This document shows positions 53,185-62,434 of a stretch of 64,000 nt of DNA, one piece after another. Location of the stretch: the NCBI GenBank assembly GCA_964556255.1, contig CAZKVQ010000001.1, positions 48,294 through 112,293 on the forward strand, given 5' to 3'. Origin of the DNA: an uncultured Actinomycetes bacterium (GTDB lineage Bacteria; Actinomycetota; Actinomycetes; S36-B12; UBA10799). The notes under the pieces are model-generated. The model saw nothing but the letters and a program-made list of their open reading frames with translations, was not told where the DNA came from and made no database searches. Every line of letters starts with the position of its first letter. Position 1 is the first letter of the stretch. Both the position numbers and the translations under genes were made by a program.

Positions 53185-55185
53185 TCAAAGCCTGCTGCTC
53201 CCGAGCGACTGCCGGTATCCGAACGCGTCAGCGGGCACGGCCGCAGCTCCCGGGGTTGTCCCGGGCATGATCGCGAAGGTCGGATCGAACTGCGTCATAA
53301 CGCCGTCCAGCAGCCCCACGATCGCTGGGTCCCCGTCGAGCGTGGCGCTTCCCTGCGCCACCTGCTGCTTGAGCGGCTCGACGCCGATCATGGCCTTCTC
53401 CAGATCGGATCGATTGATCGTGAGGGTGAGATCGGGGTTCTGCGCAAGGAATCCCGGCAGACTCGTCAGAGTCCCGTTGCTCAATTCGACGACGAAGGAC
53501 TCGTCAACGTCGGGGGTCAGCAGATTCATCACGAAGGCCGCATCCCCGACCTTAGAGGAGTCGAGCTGGATACCCAGGTAATCCAGGAATTGCAGAGTAC
53601 TCAGGGCGCGTACGAAGTCCGGCCCGGTACTCGTGGGCGGAACGCCGGTCGGGATTCCGGAGCGTAGTTCGAGCGCGGCCGCCAGGAAGCTGTTGCGTAC
53701 GCTCGGGCTCTCCTGCTGGTATCCCAGCTGTTCGAACGCGTCGGCCAGGAGCTGGCGACCCTCAGGGTTTCCCGGCTCGGCATAGACCAGCTTGTTGAGG
53801 AGCTCAACCGCGAGCAGATAGTCGCCGGCGTTGATCAGTTCACGTGCTCGCATCATGACGGCGTCCGCGCCGCCCATCATCTCGACGAACAGCGGCGCCG
53901 ACTCCCTCGGCGCCAGCGGGATGAGAGTGGCGGGGTTGCCGTCCCAGTAGCCGAGGTATCGATTGATGACTGCCCGTGAATTGTGCTCGACCGAACCGTG
54001 GTAGCTGCGAGCCGCCCAACTGCGCTGCAACGCGGGCGGCACGTCGTACACGCGGTGGATCTCGTTGATCGTGACGCCTTGATTCGCTAGGTGCATGACG
54101 CCGTTGTTCAGGTGTGCATAGACGTCGCGTTGCGTTCGCATCACCTCCTGGATGCGCTCATTGCCCCACCGCGGCCAGGTGTGGGAGGCGAACATGACGT
54201 CGGCCTCCTGACCGAACAGGTAGAGCGCCTTGTTGATCTGGCGCGACCACTCCAACGCATCGCGTACCAACGCACCGCGCAACGTATAGATGTTGTGGAC
54301 TGTCGCGACGATGTTCTCCGCCGCCCAGAACGCCTTCAGGTCAGGGAACCAGGTGTTCATCTCAGCCGGGGCTTCGGTTCCGGGGGTGTTCTGGAAGACC
54401 ATCCGAACGCCATCAACGGTGAGTTCCTCGATGTCCTCAACTATCTCGACAGTGGGAGGGATCAGGCCAGCCGTACCTGCCGCCACGCCCTTGCCGATCG
54501 CCTGGTCGACATGTCCATAGGGACTGCGATCCAGCAGCGAGCCGTATTGGTAGAACATCCGCCGGTTCATCGCATTGCCCGCGTAGACGTTCTCCGCCAC
54601 CGCATGCTCCAGGAACCCGACGGGGGCGATCACCGGCACCTTGCCCGAGCGCACGTCGGCCTCATCCACAACTCCGTGAGCGCCCGCGAAGTGATCTCCG
54701 TGCGAGTGCGAGTAGACCACCGCGACGACGGGCCGAGCTCCCAGCTGCTCGTTGACCAGATCGAGCGCCGCTGCCGCGGTCTCGGTCGCGGTCAACGGGT
54801 CGAAGACGATCCAGCCGGTGTCGGACCTGATGAAGGAGATGTTGGCCAGATCGAAGCCACGCACCTGATAGATGTGCCCAGGCACTACTTCATAGAGGCC
54901 GTATTCCATGTTGAGCAGCGCCTGCCGTTGCAACGATGGGTGAATCGATTCGAACTCTTGCCCCGAGAGCAGGAAGTCGTACGTGCCCATGTCCCAGGCG
55001 ACATGACCGGCCGCAGCCATGATCTGCCGATACGGCGGGGCCGCGATGAACCCGCGTCGCGCCTCCTCGAAGTCCCGCTCGTCGTCGAACGGCAACTGTC
55101 CCCGAACTGCCTGGTTGGCTGCCGACGTCGAAACAGAGGGCATCTTGCCCTGCTCATGGAAGTGCTCGTGCGCCATAGCATCCAC
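53185..55185 (-). CDS. Alkyl/aryl-sulfatase (MBL fold plus dimerisation and SCP2-like domains, SdsA1/BDS1 type)
   Basis: MBL motif VVYSHSHGDHFAG and the YWDGNPA block typical of alkyl sulfatases. A C-terminal SCP2-like region is present. Confidence 0.85.
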   Translation of the reverse strand: MDAMAHEHFHEQGKMPSVSTSAANQAVRGQLPFDDERDFEEARRGFIAAPPYRQIMAAAGHVAWDMGTYDFLLSGQEFESIHPSLQRQALLNMEYGLYEVVPGHIYQVRGFDLANISFIRSDTGWIVFDPLTATETAAAALDLVNEQLGARPVVAVVYSHSHGDHFAGAHGVVDEADVRSGKVPVIAPVGFLEHAVAENVYAGNAMNRRMFYQYGSLLDRSPYGHVDQAIGKGVAAGTAGLIPPTVEIVEDIEELTVDGVRMVFQNTPGTEAPAEMNTWFPDLKAFWAAENIVATVHNIYTLRGALVRDALEWSRQINKALYLFGQEADVMFASHTWPRWGNERIQEVMRTQRDVYAHLNNGVMHLANQGVTINEIHRVYDVPPALQRSWAARSYHGSVEHNSRAVINRYLGYWDGNPATLIPLAPRESAPLFVEMMGGADAVMMRARELINAGDYLLAVELLNKLVYAEPGNPEGRQLLADAFEQLGYQQESPSVRNSFLAAALELRSGIPTGVPPTSTGPDFVRALSTLQFLDYLGIQLDSSKVGDAAFVMNLLTPDVDESFVVELSNGTLTSLPGFLAQNPDLTLTINRSDLEKAMIGVEPLKQQVAQGSATLDGDPAIVGLLDGVMTQFDPTFAIMPGTTPGAAAVPADAFGYRQSLGSSRL

Positions 55186-55307
55186 TCTCCACGTTGATGC
55201 GCGGGTCAGAGTTTTGAACCGTCCATGGAACCCTAGGCGCCCTGAGACGCAGGTGCCCGGCGAACCGAGCTAGCGTCCGCTTCCTTCGGAGCTTCTGGCC
55301 GATCGGA

Positions 55308-55745
55308 CTAGCGGACGGACGATGGCGACTTCGAATCCTTCGGGGTCCGCCGGTAGTCCTTCTGGTTCCGCCGGTCGAATCCCTGTTGATGACGGGAAAT
55401 CGTCTCATTGTTGCTGACCGCCCAGTCTGCGAGCGCGGTCGCCGGCCCGACGAGGGTCTGTCCGAGGGGGCTCAACTCGTACTCGACCCGCGGCGGGACC
55501 TCCGCGAAGACCGTCCGTTCCACGATGCCGTCGCGCTCAAGTTTGCGCAGCGTCAGCGTGAGCATGCGCTGGGAGATGCCCTCGGCCGCGTATTTCAAGG
55601 TGGTGAACCGTTGCGGCCCCTGACTGAGGATGCTCACGATCAGCAAGGTCCACTTGTCACCCAACCTGTCGAAGGTCTCGCGAACAACGCGGCAACGATC
55701 AGAGTCGTGGTCGAGCATAGGTCGGCCCTGCACCGTGACCTCCAT
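55308..55745 (-). CDS. HxlR family transcriptional regulator
   Basis: FDRLGDKWTLLIVSIL...RFTTLKYAAEGISQRMLTLTLRKLERDGIVERTVFAEVPPRVEYELS. Confidence 0.85.
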   Translation of the reverse strand: MEVTVQGRPMLDHDSDRCRVVRETFDRLGDKWTLLIVSILSQGPQRFTTLKYAAEGISQRMLTLTLRKLERDGIVERTVFAEVPPRVEYELSPLGQTLVGPATALADWAVSNNETISRHQQGFDRRNQKDYRRTPKDSKSPSSVR

Positions 55746-55802
55746 CCTCGTCGGTTACTGCCTTGTTCCTTTTGTACGGTTTCCAATAGTGCTGCATAGT
55801 TA

Positions 55803-55830
55803 CGTCAGTTACAAGAAGTAACCAATGACG
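55803..55830. promoter_or_regulatory. Inverted repeat in the HxlR/DoxX divergent region (candidate HxlR operator)
   Basis: The core CGTCA-GTTAC-aagaa-GTAAC-caa-TGACG contains the perfect palindrome GTTACnnnnnGTAAC at 55808-55822. Further GTTAC copies lie at 55754 and 55799. Confidence 0.45.
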
Positions 55831-55843
55831 CTAAGGAGACCCT

Positions 55844-56194
55844 ATGGGCATCGCCCTCATCGTTCTGGCCATCATCCTGGGACTGGCCGCGACCGGATCC
55901 GCCATCATGAAGCTCCGCCGGGACCCGAGGGTCATCGAATCCTTGCACTCGGTCGGGGTAAGCGACCAGCAGGTGCCGTGGCTGGCCTCCCTGGAAGTCC
56001 TCGGGACCGTCGGTCTGATCGTGGGAATCTGGTTCGTTCCGATTGGAATCGCCGCCGCGATCGGTCTCACCGCCTACTTCCTCGGCGCGGTCCTCGCTCA
56101 CCTGCGCGCAAAGGCCCCGTTCAAGGAAGTAGCGCCGGCGGGCGTGCTCATGCTCGTAGCCCTCGCGACGGCAATTCTCGAGGTGGCCCGTTGA
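55844..56194 (+). CDS. DoxX-like family membrane protein
   Basis: A 116-aa, 4-TM protein, divergent from the HxlR gene (a common pairing). An AAGGAG RBS is present. Confidence 0.7.
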   Translation: MGIALIVLAIILGLAATGSAIMKLRRDPRVIESLHSVGVSDQQVPWLASLEVLGTVGLIVGIWFVPIGIAAAIGLTAYFLGAVLAHLRAKAPFKEVAPAGVLMLVALATAILEVAR

Positions 56195-56257
56195 TGGAAC
56201 ATTCGCGGCGGCGGGGATCGCTAACTGCCAGGTGATGCCGGCGTTGTGCGGCCGCCG

Positions 56258-58981
56258 TCAGGCCAATGTTGAACGCTTCGACCCCATGGTGAGGTATTCG
56301 ATGAGAGAAGCCGGCGGCATCGGCCGGGCGAAAAGGTAGCCCTGCCCCAGTTGGCACTTCAGCGACTTTAGTTCCATCCATTGCTCGGGGGTCTCGATGC
56401 CTTCCGCCACGACAGTCAGGTCCAAGATCCCGGCAAGCCGGATGATCGTCTGCACCAAGCCCCTCCCCTCGACCGACTCGGTGATGTCCCTGACGAAGGA
56501 TCGATCGATTTTGAGCACATTCATGGGAAGGCTGACGAGCGCAGACAAGGAGGAGTACCCGGTGCCGAAGTCGTCCATCGCCACCTTGGCTCCGAGGCCC
56601 CTGATCTGCTGCAGCACGCCGATCGACAGGTCGAGTTGCTCGTGCAGGGACGACTCCGTGATCTCCACGGTCAACCGTGCCGGGTCGAACGAGGACCTCT
56701 TGAGTAGGCCCGCGATGTCGGCAACAAGCGCCGAATCGATCTCGCGAGGAGACACGTTGACGGCGAGCCCCAGGGCGCGGCCTGTGCGCTGCTGCACCTC
56801 CAGCATGTCGGCCACGGCGATGGTGCGTACGCGGTGCCCGATCTCACCGATAAGTCCCAGCTCCTCAGCGAGGTCGATGAACTTGTCCGGCGTCAGCAGG
56901 TGTCCATCGCGGTCCCGTATCCGGACCAAGGCCTCGACACCTTCGACCTCGCCGGAATCCAACACGATGACGGGCTGGTAGAGGACCTCGAGGCGATCCC
57001 CGTCGATGGCGTCACGTAAATCCGCGTCTGCTGCCAGCCGCCGGACGAGGTCCTCATTCATTCCGGGCCTGAAGGCGACGATGTGGCTGCCCTGGCTTAC
57101 TCGGGCTCGGCGAAGCGCGACATCAGCCTGTTCGAGCAGGCGCTGCGGTGTGATACCCGATCTCGCACGGGCCACCGAGAACCCGGCCTGATAGAACATC
57201 GAGACCTCGGTGTCGTCGGGCAGGATCAGACTGGAGAGCATTCGCGAGGCGATCTGGTCGGCGTCGGAGACTTCCCGCGCGGCCTCCGGTCCGACGATGA
57301 ACCACGCGAACGTGTCGGCCTCCAAGCGGGCAACTGCGGCGACGCTGGGCGGCAACACCTCAAACGCCTCCGCAACGGCACGCAGAATCTGGTCCCCCTC
57401 GCTTCGACCCAGGGACTGGTTCCACGTGCCGAAATTGCTGATGTCCAGGACGACGAGTGCGACACGGTCATATTCCCCACAACTGGCGATCGTCTCCGTC
57501 ATGACGTCGCTGAGCCCGCTCCACGTGAGAAGTCCGGTGAGTCGGTCCCGGGCGCGCACCGTCTCCAACTCCGTCTCGAGGCGGCGCGCCGCGGTGACAT
57601 CAACGGCGGTGAGAACGAATCCCTTGAACTCGACGTCGTGCGCGGTGGTGATGTACATCTCCACCTGGCAGCGGCTGCCGTCCCGCTGAATCATCATCAT
57701 GTCGAAGGGTCCCGTGGTGTTCGCGTCGGCCGCTGCCTCAGCGAGGAGCTGTCTGAGTTCGGCCAGGGTCCAGTCGGTGACCACGGCCCCGAGCGACTGG
57801 CCGGTGTCGGGGTCGAGTAACGGCAACCGGGCGTTCGCCGCCGGTGAGGCGAACAGCACCCGTGCCTCAGGATCGACCACCAGCACGAACTCCGGGCTGT
57901 CCTGAAGCAACGCGTCGAACCAGCCACGGCGGCTGCGCGGTCCGATCCACTGGTTCAGCGACCTCTCCCTCGTGTCCCGCAGATCCCGCCAGGCGAACCA
58001 CCGCGACACCAGGACTGCGCCCAGCATCGCCGTCCACGCGACCGCGGAGGCAAGCGCCGCTACGGGGCTGAGCCCGCTGCGCCAAGCGAGGTCGATCACC
58101 GTGACACCGGCGGCGAGCGCGAGCACGAGCGGCACCAAGAGAGCGACGGCTTCTCTGATCTCGGCCTGCGTGCGGGACTCGGGCTCCACCGGTGGACGGT
58201 TGAGGAAGGCGATGGCCAATGCCATGAAGAGCGAGTAGACGACGATCGAGTAGGAGATGCTGCTCATGGCGTCGGCCCACGGGAACACCTCACCGGCGAC
58301 GTCCCCGACGACATAGACCGTTATGGCGCCGAGCGCCAGCGCCAACTGCGGAAGTGGTAGCGAGCCCATCCGGCGACTGGCCGTCCACATCACCACAACC
58401 GCGCACAGTGCGATGAGTAGGAGGATCCGGTCACCACCGATGACCGTGTCCTGGCCGGGCGAAACGGGGTCGATCCAGGAGGCCCACAGCACCTCGACCC
58501 AGAGGATGATGGTGGCCAGCACCCCGACTGTGGCGTCAAGGGCAACTCCCACCACATCGCGTCCGCGCAGTGACTTGGGCCAGACCAAAATGGCGAGAGC
58601 AGCCAAACCCACGACTGCCGCGGGGATGATCGGCACGAGTTCGATGGCGCCGTTGAAGGTGGTGTCCCGCAGGGTCACCAGGTACCCGATGGCTTGGCCG
58701 CCGGAGATCAGCACGATTGTGGCGCCGAATAGCGCGATGCCCCACTTGCGCGGACCTTCCCTGAGGTACCGGTTCGCGGCGGCCAGTCCCATGGCGACGG
58801 CCCCGAACCCCATAGCAAGAGCGGCCAGGACATGTGCCCAGATGAAAGCCCGGGATCCCTGGACTTCGACGACGGTCGCAGCGATGGCTGAGAGGGTCGC
58901 AGCGGCCCACAAGCCCCACACGACCCGTCGCAGATTCCTAGGGGCTGATGCCGACAGAGGACGGGCCTGCACCGTCGTCAC
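56258..58981 (-). CDS. Polytopic membrane sensor with PAS, degenerate GGDEF and EAL domains (likely c-di-GMP phosphodiesterase)
   Basis: About 10 N-terminal TM segments and a PAS-like segment. The GGDEF position reads LEADTF. EAL motifs are present (EVLYQPV, DDFGTGYSSLS, KIDRSF, EGIET, QGYLFARP). Confidence 0.85.
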   Translation of the reverse strand: MTTVQARPLSASAPRNLRRVVWGLWAAATLSAIAATVVEVQGSRAFIWAHVLAALAMGFGAVAMGLAAANRYLREGPRKWGIALFGATIVLISGGQAIGYLVTLRDTTFNGAIELVPIIPAAVVGLAALAILVWPKSLRGRDVVGVALDATVGVLATIILWVEVLWASWIDPVSPGQDTVIGGDRILLLIALCAVVVMWTASRRMGSLPLPQLALALGAITVYVVGDVAGEVFPWADAMSSISYSIVVYSLFMALAIAFLNRPPVEPESRTQAEIREAVALLVPLVLALAAGVTVIDLAWRSGLSPVAALASAVAWTAMLGAVLVSRWFAWRDLRDTRERSLNQWIGPRSRRGWFDALLQDSPEFVLVVDPEARVLFASPAANARLPLLDPDTGQSLGAVVTDWTLAELRQLLAEAAADANTTGPFDMMMIQRDGSRCQVEMYITTAHDVEFKGFVLTAVDVTAARRLETELETVRARDRLTGLLTWSGLSDVMTETIASCGEYDRVALVVLDISNFGTWNQSLGRSEGDQILRAVAEAFEVLPPSVAAVARLEADTFAWFIVGPEAAREVSDADQIASRMLSSLILPDDTEVSMFYQAGFSVARARSGITPQRLLEQADVALRRARVSQGSHIVAFRPGMNEDLVRRLAADADLRDAIDGDRLEVLYQPVIVLDSGEVEGVEALVRIRDRDGHLLTPDKFIDLAEELGLIGEIGHRVRTIAVADMLEVQQRTGRALGLAVNVSPREIDSALVADIAGLLKRSSFDPARLTVEITESSLHEQLDLSIGVLQQIRGLGAKVAMDDFGTGYSSLSALVSLPMNVLKIDRSFVRDITESVEGRGLVQTIIRLAGILDLTVVAEGIETPEQWMELKSLKCQLGQGYLFARPMPPASLIEYLTMGSKRSTLA

Positions 58982-59132
58982 GCCATGTCACCCCAGTCTG
59001 CGCAGTGGGCTTGGCCCCGTCGACCAATCGTAGCCCGATCCCAGGGCCGAGGATGGCAGCGAATGCCGGAATGACAGCACACGCAACGCCCTATGCGAGC
59101 ACGGTGGGCCTCGTGGCGTCTAGCCTGACCTT

Positions 59133-59846
59133 GTGACAACACCACCTCATCCGGGCGAGGAACACGATGCCGGTGACCTCGGCGATCGCTCCAACAAGAT
59201 CCGCGCGGCGGTGCTGGGTGCGAACGACGGCATCGTGTCCATCGCCGGCATGGTCCTGGGTGTCGCCGGGGCCACCCCCGAAACCTCCGCGATCGCAACG
59301 GCCGGCGTTGCCGGGCTCGTGGCTGGCGCCTTGAGCATGGCTGTCGGGGAGTACGTCTCGGTGTCCTCCCAGCGGGATACCGAGGCCGCCGCGGTTGCCA
59401 TGGAGATCCGGGAACTTGAGGAAGACCCCGAGGGTGAGTTCGAGGAACTGGTCGGGTTGTTCGAGGCCCGCGGCCTCTCCAGGGGAACAGCCGAGTCGGT
59501 GGCGCAGGAACTCACCGAGAAGGACGTTCTGGCCGCCCACAGCCGGGAGGAACTTGGGATCGAACCGGGTCAGTACGTCAACGCCTGGGCGGCCGCAGTC
59601 TCCTCCTTGATCAGCTTCACCATCGGTGCGGCACTGCCCCTCATCGCGATTCTGGTCTTCCCGCCGTCGATCCGGATCTGGGTGACTGTCGCGGCAGTCG
59701 TCGTCGCGCTGTTCATCACCGGTTACGTCAGCGCTCGCCTGGCGAAGGCGCCGATCCCCAAGGCTATCGCCCGAAATATCGGTGGCGGGCTGATTGCCAT
59801 GGGAGTCACCTACGCAATCGGTCACTTCATCGGTATGGCGATCTGA
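59133..59846 (+). CDS. VIT1/CCC1 family iron/manganese transporter
   Basis: AAVLGANDGIVSIAGMVLGVAGA and YVSVSSQRD motifs, with 5 TM segments. Confidence 0.85.
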   Translation: MTTPPHPGEEHDAGDLGDRSNKIRAAVLGANDGIVSIAGMVLGVAGATPETSAIATAGVAGLVAGALSMAVGEYVSVSSQRDTEAAAVAMEIRELEEDPEGEFEELVGLFEARGLSRGTAESVAQELTEKDVLAAHSREELGIEPGQYVNAWAAAVSSLISFTIGAALPLIAILVFPPSIRIWVTVAAVVVALFITGYVSARLAKAPIPKAIARNIGGGLIAMGVTYAIGHFIGMAI

Positions 59847-59861
59847 CCTGCCGGCGCGGTC

Positions 59862-61286
59862 ATGGAGCTTGTCGCGCGAGGAAGCCGCGGACGTCGTCGA
59901 TGGACGCGCCCCGCCCGGGCGGTGTCGCTGTCGTATTTGGCGGTCCTGGTCGTAGGGACATTGCTGCTCGCCCTTCCGTTCTCCAAGGCGGGCCCGGGCT
60001 CTGCGAACCTGCTGCAAGCAGCCTTCACCGCGACCTCCATGGTGTGCGTCACCGGACTCACGGTGGTGGACACCGCAACATTCTGGACTCCCCTGGGGCA
60101 GGTGATCATCACCATCCTCACGCAGATAGGTGGACTGGGGGTGATGACGTTGACAGCGTTGATCACGTTGCGTCTCGCCCACCGCGTCGGACTTCGACAG
60201 CGGATGCAGATGAGCGCAGAGGCCCCCGGCGTGGGCATCGGCAGCGTACGCCGCGTGGCCCGGGCGGTTGTCATCACCGCATTCGTGGTCGAAGGCGTGG
60301 TCTCTCTGATCGTCGGCTTGCGCTTCTGGTTGGGCTACGACCAGCCGTTTCCGACGGCCTTCGGGCGCGCCATCTTCCAGTCCGTCTCCGCCTTCAACAA
60401 CGTCGGGCTCGCCCTCTTCTCCGACAATTTGATGGGCTTCGCCGGTGATTGGCTGGTCATCCTGCCCACGATGGCCGGGGTCATCATCGGAGGACTCGGG
60501 TTACCGGTGCTGCGCGAGCTGTGGCACAACCGCCGGCGACCGTGGGAGCGCTGGAAGTTGTTCATAGCCGATCGGCGTGGAACCGCAACGTTCGGAATTC
60601 GGCGCAGGATCCGACTCTCCCTAAACACCCGCATCATGCTCCTGGGAACGGCCCTGCTGCTCATGGGCGGGCTGCTCTACTTCCTGCTGCAGGAGTGGTC
60701 GAACCCCCTCACCATGGGTCCGTTCTCGGTGCCCACGAAGGTACTTGCCTCGTTCACAATGTCAGTAGTGCCGCGCACCGGTGGTTTCAACTCGATCAAC
60801 ATCGCCGACATGCAACCGGACGCTTGGTTGGTCACGGACTTCCTCATGTTCATCGGCGGCGGCCCCGCTGGAACGGCCGGCGGCCTGAAGGTCACCACCT
60901 TCGCCGTGATCGTCGCGATCGCCGTCACCGAGATCCGCGGAAACCGCCACACCCGGATGTTCGACCGAAGCGTCCCGCCGGCGACTCAACGCAGTGCGAT
61001 GGCCGTCGGGTTCGCCTTCATGGCTGTCGCCGGTCTCGGGACGTTCCTCCTGCTACACCTGTCCTCGTTCCCCCTGGACCAGGTCTTGTTCGAGGCGCTT
61101 TCAGCGCTGTCGACCGTCGGACTCACCACCGGCATCACGGCGGAGTTCAACGGACCCGCGCAGGCAGTGCTGATGGTGATGATGTTCATCGGCAGACTGG
61201 GCCCGATCACGCTGGCCGCCGCCCTTGCCCTGAACACCCGCACAACGCATTACGAACTCCCGGAGGAAAGGCCGTACATTGGCTGA
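59862..61286 (+). CDS. TrkH/KtrB family potassium transporter
   Basis: Repeated M1-P-M2 units with selectivity-type Gly motifs (TQIGGLG, SAFNNVGL, PRTGGFN, STVGLTTG). Confidence 0.85.
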   Translation: MELVARGSRGRRRWTRPARAVSLSYLAVLVVGTLLLALPFSKAGPGSANLLQAAFTATSMVCVTGLTVVDTATFWTPLGQVIITILTQIGGLGVMTLTALITLRLAHRVGLRQRMQMSAEAPGVGIGSVRRVARAVVITAFVVEGVVSLIVGLRFWLGYDQPFPTAFGRAIFQSVSAFNNVGLALFSDNLMGFAGDWLVILPTMAGVIIGGLGLPVLRELWHNRRRPWERWKLFIADRRGTATFGIRRRIRLSLNTRIMLLGTALLLMGGLLYFLLQEWSNPLTMGPFSVPTKVLASFTMSVVPRTGGFNSINIADMQPDAWLVTDFLMFIGGGPAGTAGGLKVTTFAVIVAIAVTEIRGNRHTRMFDRSVPPATQRSAMAVGFAFMAVAGLGTFLLLHLSSFPLDQVLFEALSALSTVGLTTGITAEFNGPAQAVLMVMMFIGRLGPITLAAALALNTRTTHYELPEERPYIG

Positions 61287-61851
61287 CGAAATGGACACAT
61301 CGGACGAGACCCCACGCCCGACGTCGACGGGGAGCGCACCCACCGATGATCGACCTAAGGCGAACGGCGCCCACCGCCTGCCTCGTCGGTTGGCCGGCGA
61401 GGACGCCGTGGCCGTGATCGGGTTGGGCAGATTCGGCGCCGCGGTCGCACGGACTCTGGAGGCGGCGGGGGTGCAAGTCCTCGCTATCGACTCCGACCCT
61501 CAACTCGTCGCCGAGTTCGCCAACGAACTCACCTTCGTGGCCGCGGCAGACTCCCGCAGCCACGAGGCCTTGGCCCAACTCGCCATCCCCGATTTCGCCC
61601 GGGTGGTGGTCGGCATCGGCGCAAACGTCGAGGCCAGCATCCTGACCGTGTCCCACCTCGTGGATATGGGCGTTCCGCAGGTGTGGGCAAAAGCGTTGAC
61701 CAACGACCATGCGCGCATCCTCAGGCAACTCGGGGTCAGTCGGGTGATCCAACCAGAGGCAGAGATGGGCGCAATGCTCGCCGGTGAGATCGTCGGACAT
61801 GCGATGCCGGGGCCCGACGGCGCTGCCGCCCCCGAGATACCGCGCAACTGA
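61279..61851 (+). CDS. TrkA_N (RCK N-lobe) NAD-binding protein lacking a TrkA_C domain
   Basis: Rossmann motif VAVIGLGRFGAAVARTLEAAG after a polar N-extension of about 40 aa. It ends shortly after RVIQPEAEMG. The TTG start overlaps the TrkH end by 8 nt. Confidence 0.75.
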   Translation: MADEMDTSDETPRPTSTGSAPTDDRPKANGAHRLPRRLAGEDAVAVIGLGRFGAAVARTLEAAGVQVLAIDSDPQLVAEFANELTFVAAADSRSHEALAQLAIPDFARVVVGIGANVEASILTVSHLVDMGVPQVWAKALTNDHARILRQLGVSRVIQPEAEMGAMLAGEIVGHAMPGPDGAAAPEIPRN

Positions 61852-61925
61852 GCGGAGGGGTCTATCGGGAAGGAAGAGACGTCCGGAGTGTGCGGACCTC
61901 CCCCACCGGCCGTTGCGCTATCGAC

Positions 61926-62351
61926 TCAGTCTGGATCGCCGAACTTCGCGCAGACGAGCGCGTATTGCTGTTCGCTCAGCGCCGCACCCTCTCGACGGAC
62001 TGCATGGGGCGAAACCGCCAACAGTCGGTCGCATCGAACGTAGCTCTCGCGGCGCTCACGATCCCAGCCGCCAGAACCGATACCTACCCAGCCGCGATCT
62101 CCCTGGTGGTTGCGACTGCTGACCATGAGCACCACGTAGTCTCCTGGCGCATCATCGGCCATTCCGAGCACCGCAACGGGTCGATCCTTCCCCTGCCGCG
62201 GGTCCTCCTCATAGGGCACCCAAGCCCACACAACCTCACCAGGATCGGGCTCGCCGTCAGACTCCGGGGCATAGGCGAGCGTGACCCTGCCGCGATAGCT
62301 ATAGGCCCCTCCGCCGTCGGGTTTCGGATCGGCTTCGGGGTCGTATGCCAT
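61926..62351 (-). CDS. PemK/MazF-like SH3-fold protein (orphan toxin-family homolog)
   Basis: The segment PGEVVWAWVPYEEDPRQGKDRPVAVLG...VLMVSS resembles the PemK-like N-terminal strand pattern. The start is uncertain (62351 or 62390). Confidence 0.5.
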   Translation of the reverse strand: MAYDPEADPKPDGGGAYSYRGRVTLAYAPESDGEPDPGEVVWAWVPYEEDPRQGKDRPVAVLGMADDAPGDYVVLMVSSRNHQGDRGWVGIGSGGWDRERRESYVRCDRLLAVSPHAVRREGAALSEQQYALVCAKFGDPD

Positions 62352-62434
62352 GGCCCAACAGCGTAGGCGGTCAACGACCCGGGCGCGCACCTACACTCGA
62401 AGGGTCAGCCAGGAACGACTGGAAGGGGAACCGG

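Noticed and set aside
44000-56000. A genomic island or integrated element at tRNA-Thr.
   Set aside because: No integrase, recombinase, transposase or phage gene lies on either side. I found no direct repeat of the tRNA 3' end by eye, although a computational search is still advisable. Only the 202-aa secreted-protein gene looks compositionally atypical.
353-60182. Many long ORFs lie antisense to, or out of frame with, the called genes. Examples: 353-1201(-), 8038-9264(+), 9288-10469(-), 14639-16138(+), 18040-18936(-), 23092-24264(-), 26327-27586(+), 28205-29458(-), 39704-41506(-), 50046-51053(-), 54091-55197(+), 59091-60182(-).
   Set aside because: These are typical high-GC shadow ORFs. They are Arg/Pro/Gly/His-rich low-complexity translations with no catalytic or structural motifs. 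Each fully overlaps an ORF on the other strand or frame that carries clear family motifs.
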